From positions 1 to 40,811 of the IMG/VR virus record IMGVR_UViG_3300045988_159006: a DNA stretch of 40,811 nucleotides; one strand, given 5' to 3'. This DNA is from a virus. Under the pieces are notes generated by a model. That model was not told where the DNA came from. It worked only from the letters and a program-made list of their open reading frames with translations, and did no database searches. Of this stretch, positions 23,221-30,800 are shown piece by piece (position 1 is the first letter of the stretch; each line of letters opens with the position of its first letter). The position numbers and the translations under genes were made by a program.

Positions 23221-23472
23221 ATGGCAACCATTCGCAGCGACCTAGGAAGCTATGTGATTGCGCACGATGAAACCGGGCCGCATGTGCTCGCCCCAGGTGA
23301 GGACGTGCCAGATGGTGTAACCATCCACCCCGACCTGCTGGAACCGGAACCCGAAGATCCTGAAGATCCCGAAGATCCTGAAGACTCAGGTGACGGTGGG
23401 GCCGGTGGGGAGGACAAAACCCCCGCCAGCCCGAAGACGAATCGCCGGAGTAGTCGTGCTCGCAAGTCTTGA
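23221..23472 (+). CDS. Acidic hypothetical protein with PED repeats
   Basis: 83 aa with RBS aaggaga upstream. Confidence 0.5.
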   Translation: MATIRSDLGSYVIAHDETGPHVLAPGEDVPDGVTIHPDLLEPEPEDPEDPEDPEDSGDGGAGGEDKTPASPKTNRRSSRARKS

Positions 23473-23821
23473 CGATGTGAAGACCCGTATCCCCCACGTG
23501 GATTTCGACGAAGACCGTGCCCTAGGCCTGCTTGAGGAGGCCTCTGCCCTGGTTGAGGGGTACCTGCAAAAACCAGCGCCCGAGCCGGTGCCGGAAACCA
23601 TCAAAATCGTGGTATCCCGCATGGTAGCCAGGGTCATCGAAGCCCCTAAGGAAACCGCCTTCCAAGAATCCATGCAGGTCACCGCAGGCCCGTTTAGCCA
23701 AAGCGCGAACTTCACCCATGGCGGTAGTGGTGGCGCCCCCTGGCTCACCACATCGGATAAAACAATGTTGGCTCCCTTCCGTAGGAAGCGCCGCGGTATC
23801 TACTCCATCACCATGAGCTAA
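23456..23821 (+). CDS. Head-tail connector (gp6-like)
   Basis: GTG at 23456 after ggag. LASLDDVKTRI......DEDRALGLLEEASALVEGYL is the characteristic N-terminus of gp6-like connectors. Confidence 0.65.
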   Translation: MLASLDDVKTRIPHVDFDEDRALGLLEEASALVEGYLQKPAPEPVPETIKIVVSRMVARVIEAPKETAFQESMQVTAGPFSQSANFTHGGSGGAPWLTTSDKTMLAPFRRKRRGIYSITMS

Positions 23822-23835
23822 AGAAAGAGGGTGCG

Positions 23836-24183
23836 ATGCCAGGCCTGCCAACAATCAAGCGGTACCCGGTAACCCGGCTCCGCCGCTTCAAAACCGGTAC
23901 CGATGAGCTCGGCAACCCCACCTATGGGCTCCAGGGCACCATTATCCATGTGGTGGGCTGGGCGAAACCCACCACTGCGGAACCCGAACTAGCGGGCCAT
24001 GCCCGCCGAACAGTCGCCATAAAAATGTACGCCCACCCCGGCGACTTTATCGAAACCGACATTGTCATCCTCACCCCAGGCGGCGAACGACTAGAGGTTG
24101 TGGGCGAACCCGAAAACTACGAACACGGCCCCTTCGGCTGGGCCCCAGAATTGGAGGTGATTAACCTTGCCGGAATCGAATAA
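23836..24183 (+). CDS. Head closure / head-tail adaptor protein
   Basis: 115 aa. Call rests on position and size in the connector block. Confidence 0.5.
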   Translation: MPGLPTIKRYPVTRLRRFKTGTDELGNPTYGLQGTIIHVVGWAKPTTAEPELAGHARRTVAIKMYAHPGDFIETDIVILTPGGERLEVVGEPENYEHGPFGWAPELEVINLAGIE

Positions 24184-24397
24184 ACAATGGCTAAAAGTAA
24201 CCATTAACGCCGAGGACGACCTAGCGGATTACGTCGAATGCTCAAGCCTGTCCTTCGATGGCGGCAGCCTTATTTGCTTCGCCGATGAGGGCATGCGGCA
24301 AGTACGAGCAGCCTATTCGCCCACCGGGTGGGCCAGGTGCATGTGGGTGGATTACAGCGAAGTACGCGCCGAACAAGACAGCGCTCGGTACAAGTGA
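24167..24397 (+). CDS. Hypothetical protein
   Basis: 76 aa ORF in the connector block. Overlaps the previous gene by 17 nt. Confidence 0.4.
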   Translation: MPESNKQWLKVTINAEDDLADYVECSSLSFDGGSLICFADEGMRQVRAAYSPTGWARCMWVDYSEVRAEQDSARYK

Positions 24398-24404
24398 GCG
24401 GACT

Positions 24405-24635
24405 ATGGCGAAGTACGTGCCGAACAAAGCGGCGCTGAAAGCGCTACTCAAAGACCCCATGACCCAAGGGATCGTAGTCGACCACGCCGAACAAATAGCA
24501 GCCCGTGCCGGTGACGGTTTCGTCTCCTCCTACCAGATGGGCAAAACCCGCCACCGCTGCATCATCTACGCCGACACCTGGTCAGCCAAACGCCGAGAAG
24601 CCAGAGACAACATCCTCACCCGAACCCTAGGCTAA
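24405..24635 (+). CDS. HK97 gp10-like tail-head joining protein
   Basis: ATG at 24405 in ORF 24258-24635. MAKYVPNKAALKALLKDP...AEQIAARA fits the gp10 family N-terminus. Confidence 0.55.
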   Translation: MAKYVPNKAALKALLKDPMTQGIVVDHAEQIAARAGDGFVSSYQMGKTRHRCIIYADTWSAKRREARDNILTRTLG

Positions 24636-24659
24636 CCAGCCTTCTGGAAGGAGGCCCAT

Positions 24660-25013
24660 GTGACCACCACCGCCACCACGCTAGTTATTGCCGAGCTGGC
24701 GCGCAGGGTAGGGGTGCCGGTATCTAGCCGCATGCCGGGCACCCCGAAACCGCAAGCCTTCATCATTGTTTCCCGCATCGGCGGCGGCATGGAGGACTGG
24801 GCACTCCGCAACCCCCGGTTTCTGGTGGAGTGCTACGCCCACACCGAACTAGACGCTGAAGCCCTGGCCGAAACAGCCTACGAAGCGTGGGCGCGGATGC
24901 GGTCCGCCCAGATCCAATCCACCACCATAGACACCCTCACCAGGTACGAAGACCCCGACCCGAAGCTCTACCGCTTCCAATTCACCGGTGGCGTGCGGCT
25001 CCTAGCCCACTAG
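24660..25013 (+). CDS. Tail terminator / tail completion protein
   Basis: 117 aa with GTG start after ggaaggagg. Lies immediately upstream of the major tail gene. Confidence 0.5.
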   Translation: MTTTATTLVIAELARRVGVPVSSRMPGTPKPQAFIIVSRIGGGMEDWALRNPRFLVECYAHTELDAEALAETAYEAWARMRSAQIQSTTIDTLTRYEDPDPKLYRFQFTGGVRLLAH

Positions 25014-25092
25014 CCGGCCCCTGGCGCGGCAGCAGGGGACACCATCCTGCCGCAACTCCCTTTTCCAACATTCCTGATTTAGGAGAATACCC

Positions 25093-25968
25093 ATGGCTAT
25101 CAACATTCAAAACGCCTTCGTGGCCACCCCACCCATCGACGGCGGCGTGTATTTCAATGCCCCAGTCGATACCCCGCTGCCAAAAACTGCCCTCGAAACC
25201 CTCCATAAGGACTTCAAAGATCACGGCGCTGTAGGCGAAGACGGCTTCACTCACACCATTAACCGGGAAACCAGCACCGAAAAAATGTTCGGCGGTGACG
25301 ACTGGGTAGACACCCAAACCTCGTATACCGAAACAGTCGTTCTCACCCTGCTCGAAGACGGCAACACTAATGTGCTCCGATCTTGCTTCGGCGATGCAAA
25401 CGTTATCGAAAAAGCAGCCACCGACAAGCACGGCCGCCAGATCACCGTGTACCACACTGCTGAACGGCTACCGCTCAAGCGCCACGTTGTGAAAGCTGTT
25501 TCCGGTGAAAAAGCTAAAACCTTGGTCGTACCGGTCGGCCGGATCACTACCGTGGAAAAAACCGCTGAGGTCCATTCCGCATCCACGAAATACAACGTCA
25601 CGATCACCGCTTTCAAGGGCCCCGCCGAATTCAAATTCGCAAACTCCTTCGAGCTGCGGGACGACGGCATGGTCGACCCCAACACCCCAGACCCCGACAC
25701 CCAAGACAAGACCGTGACCCTCCCCGGCGGCGTTACAGGCGGCACCTTCACCCTCTCCGTCGACGGCCACGCCACCGCCGAACTAGCGTTTAACGCCACC
25801 GCCGACACCGTGCAGGCCGAGCTACGCAAACTCACAGGCGCCACCACCGCCACCGTCACCGGTAATGCTGGCGGGCCCTACACCATCAAGGATGTTACCG
25901 GGGCCCTCACCGCCGACGGTACTAAACTCACCGGTGGCGCGGGCACCACCATCACCGTAAACCCCTAA
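25093..25968 (+). CDS. Major tail protein with C-terminal Ig-like extension
   Basis: 291 aa after RBS aggaga. Position fits. The C-terminal part (TVTLPGGVTGGTFTLSVDG...TVQAELRKLTG) looks like a decoration domain. Confidence 0.8.
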   Translation: MAINIQNAFVATPPIDGGVYFNAPVDTPLPKTALETLHKDFKDHGAVGEDGFTHTINRETSTEKMFGGDDWVDTQTSYTETVVLTLLEDGNTNVLRSCFGDANVIEKAATDKHGRQITVYHTAERLPLKRHVVKAVSGEKAKTLVVPVGRITTVEKTAEVHSASTKYNVTITAFKGPAEFKFANSFELRDDGMVDPNTPDPDTQDKTVTLPGGVTGGTFTLSVDGHATAELAFNATADTVQAELRKLTGATTATVTGNAGGPYTIKDVTGALTADGTKLTGGAGTTITVNP

Positions 25969-26192
25969 ACCCCTCCCCGGTAACTCCGGGCGGCGGAGGG
26001 AACAACAACGGCGGCGGGGCTGTACCGCCGCCCCCGAAACCGGACACCCGCCGACGCGCTGTATCATTCGGTTGGGAAGACACCTCATCGAAAACCTACA
26101 ACTGGGAAGAAACCCTCCAAAAAGTAGTAGACGCGGGTGGCACCACCATCGATCTAGCGGTAGGCCGCCCCGAATGGCTGCTCTCCCCCGAA

Positions 26193-27035
26193 GTGCCCTC
26201 AGACAGTGGGCTCACATCATCCCTATCAGCAGCCGAAGGCGACCCCATCGCAGGGATCATCAACACCGCCCGCGCAGCTGGTATCACAAGCATCTACCTC
26301 ACCCTGGATGCCATGGCCACCACCACCCTGGCGAAACCCGAATACCAAGACCTCCGGGCAGTATCCAGAGACGGCACCATCCGAAACGATTTGGGCAGCG
26401 CCTACGCCCTCACCAAAGGACACATCGGTGTCATGCTAGAGAACGCCGCACGGCACCTCGCGGCCCGCTACGGCAACCGCATCAACGGCATCATCCTCAC
26501 CGAAATCCACTGGGACTCCGGGTCATTTTCAGATAAAGACTTGGAGCTGTTCAAACAAGACACCGGCGAGACGGACTGGACCCGCCGCGGCGACGGCACC
26601 CCCCACGAGGGCCCTAAAGAGCTGGCGTGGTTCGGCGATAAAATGGCCGAAGTCGCAGGCCGCATCAAACGCGCTATCGGTAATGCCCAACTGGTTTTCG
26701 ACGTGCGAGTCAACTGGGCCAACCCGGTTGCTGGCCGGCCCGACAGCGGACACGACTATGCCAAACTGTTGCAGCATGCCGATCTGCTGCAGCCGTGGGT
26801 CTATTTCGATGCTGGGCAGGCTGGAAAAGCGGCGCCCCTGGTGGAGGCGCTCACCGCACAATGGCCGGGCAAGATCCGCCCCTCCATCGGCCTGTGGGGT
26901 GCTGGCGGCACCACCATCCCCGCAACCGACCTAGACGCGGCTATCACCTCACTACGCGACCAGCCGTGGCTGCAAGTCACGCCAGCATCGAAACTCACCA
27001 CTGCCCACTGGCAGGTGCTGAAACACTGGCGCTAA
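26193..27035 (+). CDS. Hypothetical enzyme-like protein (possible TIM-barrel glycoside-hydrolase-like). The frame is open from 25926 with no canonical start.
   Basis: GTG at 26193 is the first start codon, but the frame is open and coding-like for 267 nt upstream. Inserted between the major tail gene and the chaperones. Confidence 0.55.
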   Translation: MPSDSGLTSSLSAAEGDPIAGIINTARAAGITSIYLTLDAMATTTLAKPEYQDLRAVSRDGTIRNDLGSAYALTKGHIGVMLENAARHLAARYGNRINGIILTEIHWDSGSFSDKDLELFKQDTGETDWTRRGDGTPHEGPKELAWFGDKMAEVAGRIKRAIGNAQLVFDVRVNWANPVAGRPDSGHDYAKLLQHADLLQPWVYFDAGQAGKAAPLVEALTAQWPGKIRPSIGLWGAGGTTIPATDLDAAITSLRDQPWLQVTPASKLTTAHWQVLKHWR

Positions 27036-27049
27036 CCACACTGAAAAAA

Positions 27050-27085
27050 GGGCCGCGGGCAAAACCCCGTTACCGCCCGCGGCCC
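27050..27085. terminator. 11-bp GC hairpin, A-run upstream (U-tract on minus strand)
   Basis: gggccgcgggc-(14 nt)-gcccgcggccc, preceded by aaaaaa. Confidence 0.4.
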
Positions 27086-27120
27086 TCCCACCCTCTATCA
27101 ACCACACCTAAGGAGCCATC

Positions 27121-27483
27121 ATGGCATTCGATATCTCCGGATTCGATAACATTGAATTCAACATCCCTGCAGGCAAAGACAAAAAAGTTACCATCGCCAT
27201 CCCCCCAGTTGATTGTTTGTACCCGACAGACATTACCGCCGTCCAAAACGAAGCCGAAAAACAGCACATCGGCAAAGACTCTGTTGAAATTACGCGGCTC
27301 TTCCTGCTCCACTTCAATAGCACCCAGGTGAAGAAGGATGCCATCAGCAAGTTGGTACAACGCCAGCTGGTGGAAATCGACCGCATCTGGGGGCAGGAAT
27401 CAGGTATTCTGTTGGGGGAATCCTTGCCCTCCACCAGTATGCCTTCGGGGGAGACCCCGAGCTCACCGACGCCCTCCGAGTAG
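27121..27483 (+). CDS. Tail assembly chaperone (G-like)
   Basis: 120 aa between the major tail and tape measure genes. Confidence 0.75.
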   Translation: MAFDISGFDNIEFNIPAGKDKKVTIAIPPVDCLYPTDITAVQNEAEKQHIGKDSVEITRLFLLHFNSTQVKKDAISKLVQRQLVEIDRIWGQESGILLGESLPSTSMPSGETPSSPTPSE

Positions 27484-27842
27484 ACCTCCTCCACATCGGA
27501 TACTCACTCAGCAACGTAGGGCGCACCTACCGGTGGAGCGACCTTAAGGCATTCCTCAAACATCTACCAGCCACATCCCACCTCCACACCTACCTCAACC
27601 CCGCAGCCGCCGAAGCCGCCGCCTGGGTGACACCCACCAACCAAATCCTTGGCGCACTCTTCGACCAGCAGTACATCCTGGCCCTGGCCCGCGCCGGGAA
27701 AAACACAAATGGTGTTGGGGGTCTTATTCAACAAACCATCGAGGGTATCGAGGCCTCCCACCAGCAGGTGAGCCGGCCGCATAGGCGGGAGCTGACCGCC
27801 GCAGAGATCAGGCAAAAGGTCAGGGAAAAGCACCACATCTAG
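27121..27842 (+). CDS. Tail assembly chaperone -1 frameshift product (GT-like, about 240 aa)
   Basis: The -1 frame is open from 27321 to 27842 without a start codon and ends 25 nt before the tape measure gene. G5 runs at 27390-27394, 27414-27418 and 27446-27450 are candidate slip sites. Confidence 0.6.
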
Positions 27843-27866
27843 AGAATCTGAAGGAGGGGATTTTTC

Positions 27867-30800
27867 ATGGGCGCAGAGCTCGGCACCGGCTACATCTCGA
27901 TCATCCCCGAGGTGAGTAAAATCAGCCCCACCATCGCCAAAGCACTGGGGAGTGTGGAAAGCGAAGCCGAGCGCCGCGGCGGCTCGTGGGGAAGCAAGCT
28001 CGCCGCTGGCGTGGGCAAAACCCTGAAAGCCGGCGCGCTCGCCACCGGTGTGGCGGCAGGTGGGCTCATCGGCACCGCCATGGCCAAAGGCATGGGCCGC
28101 CTCACCGCTATCGAAAACGCCCAACAGAAACTCCTCGGCCTAGGCAACGACACCAAGACCGTTGCCGGGGTCATGAACGATGCGCTTTCCTCAGTGAAAG
28201 GCACCGCCTTTGGACTGGGGGAGGCGGCATCCGTTGCCGCAGGCCTAGTTGCCGCAGGCATTAAACCCGGCCAGCAGCTGGAAACCACCCTGAAAACCGT
28301 GGGCGACACCGCTGCTATTGCCGGCCGGAGCATGCAAGACGTCGGCGTTATCTTCGGCTCGATTGCCGCCCGCGGCAAACTCCAGGGCGATGATATGCTG
28401 CAGCTCATGGCGTCGGGCATTCCCGTGCTCCAGCTGCTCGCCAAACAGACCGGAAAAACCTCCGCCGAAATCTCGGATATGGTTTCCAAAGGCAAGATCG
28501 ACTTCGAAACCTTCGAGAAAGCCATGCGCGCCGGCATGGGTGGGTCCGCCCTGAAAATGGGCGAATCCTTCACAGGTGCCGCAGCCAATGCCCAGGCAGC
28601 CCTGGGCCGGTTGGGTGCTACCGCCCTGAAACCATTCTTCGGCCTGGCGAAGGACGGCCTGGTGGCCGCCACCGGCGCCATCGACGGGTTGGAAACCAAA
28701 ATCAAACCAGTTGCAGCCGACATTGATACTTTCCTCCAGCAGCGCCTAGTGCCAGGGCTCAAAGACGCCAAGAGCGCTGTGACGAATTTTATGCAGTCCG
28801 ATCAGGGCAAAGGCATGCTTACCGGCGTCCAGGCGGCCTTCACCGATGCACTTGATGCAGGTAAAGCCTTGGCGCCCGTGGTATCTACCGTGGCTACTGC
28901 TCTGGGGCAGGCATCCGCAGCCCTCGGTGTTAGCACCTGGAATATTTTCCTCGGTACTTTGCATGCAGCATCTGGCGTGCTCGTTGCCCTGGCCCCGTCC
29001 CTCCAGTCTGTCGCTGACCTGCTGAAAGCCCACCCCGGGTTATTGGCGGCCGCTATGGCAGGCTGGGCGGCGTTCCGCACCGTGCCAGGTATTGTTGGCG
29101 GTATCACCACCACCGTGGGCCAGTACACGTCCAAGCTGTCCGAGATGCGGGGGCACGTGTCTAGCCTGTCTGAAATGCGGGGACAAATATCCAGCATCCA
29201 AAAATTCTATAGGGACGCTGGTGTGGAAATGGACCGGGTTGGGGCCACCACACACTACCTGACCGGTGCACAAAGTGGTTTGGCTGCCGCCGTGCTTAAG
29301 GCTGAGGCCGCGGTCCAGCAGGGTTCCCCGGCATTGAAAACATTTGCGGAAAAGCACACCGAGGCAGCCCACACCGCCCGCGCTGCCCTGGGTTCGATCG
29401 GTGACGCAGCTGTTGGTGTGGCCCGTGGCGGTTTCTCCCTGCTGAAATCCGGTGCCGAAGGCCTACTAGGCGCCCTCGGAGGGCCGTGGGGCCTGGCGCT
29501 CACAGGCGCCGCCGCAGCCCTTACCCTGTTCGCCAGCGAAAACGAAAAAGCAGCTAAGGCTGAACAGCAGCACAAGAACAATGTTGACGACCTCAAGAAT
29601 TCCTTGAACGGAATTGAGGAGGCAGCAACCCGGTCGGTGATGGTACAGCGCGCATCCAGCGAAGGCCTGATAGACCTGGCCAGCAAGGCAGGTATCGCAT
29701 CCAGCACCGTGGTGGACGCCATGATGGGGCAAGCCTCCGGCCTGGAAGCCATCCAAGGCAAAGCCGAATCCATCGTCACCGCGTTCATGCACGCCCACCC
29801 CCAGCTGCAGCAAGCCAAAATCTCCGCCGACGATCTAGAAGCCGCCCTCAACGGCAACAAAGATGCCGCCTTGGGTGTGGCCACCGCCCTCGCCGATCTT
29901 GATGATGGCAGCTTAAAAGCCAAGCAGTCCGCCGCCGAATCCTTCGCGAAATGGAAGGAAGGCCTAACTGATGCGGACCTGGCGACATTAAAGCTAGCCG
30001 AGTCCACCCGGGGCGCCAACAACGATCTGGAAGAGGCAACCAGACAGCACGAAGCCGAAGCAGCAGCCATGACAAACGCCGCTAAGGAGGCTGATGCTGC
30101 GGCTCAGATCTACTCAATCCTGGGCGACAAAATCAAATCCATCCCGGATAACAAAACGATCAAAGTTGAATCGGATGCGATCACCGATGAGACCAAACAA
30201 AAGCTGGAGGCCATGGGGGCGAAAGTCTCCGAGCCCTTCGAGGGGCAGGTGACCATTGATTTCCCCGACGCGTTCTCCATCATTTCCTTACTGGATCAGA
30301 TGGGGGTCAAACTCTCCAGTCTCGACGGCTATATCCATATTGATAATGCTGAGGTGCCCGGCACTATCGAAAAACTCGATGCCCTAGGGCTGAAAACGAA
30401 AACCCTCCCCGGCGGGAAAGTTGTTATTGACTCCAACGACCCAGATGTTAAAACCCGCATGCTTGACCTGGGTATCCTGGTTAAAGACAAGCGCACCGGT
30501 GAAGTCAAAATCAACGACAACGTGCCAGAAGTCATCAAGCGGATCCATGGCCTGAGCGGGCAAAACACCACATCTCGCCACACGATTTCGGTGGAAACCG
30601 TGTATGTGGGTGGTGGCAGGCCAGCGCTTCTTCCTGATGGCAGCCCAGCCCGGCGCGTTATGGGTGGTGTCGTAGGGTTCGCAGCAGGTGGCCTGTTCGG
30701 CACTCCGGCAGGGTATCGGCTGCCCCTCTCCGGGCCCGGTACCACCGAGGTCGATGGTTTCCAGGGCGTCGATAGGCAGGGCAGGCCCACAGCCCGGGTT

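Noticed and set aside
23353-23388. 9-bp tandem repeats gaagatcc(t/c) encoding PED repeats
   Set aside because: A short acidic low-complexity tract inside a small head-region gene. There is no evidence for a function beyond possible length variation.
26072-26536. 154-aa plus-strand His/Arg/Pro-rich ORF overlapping the enzyme-like gene
   Set aside because: It is an alternative frame of a better-supported ORF, with a composition typical of off-frame GC-rich translation.
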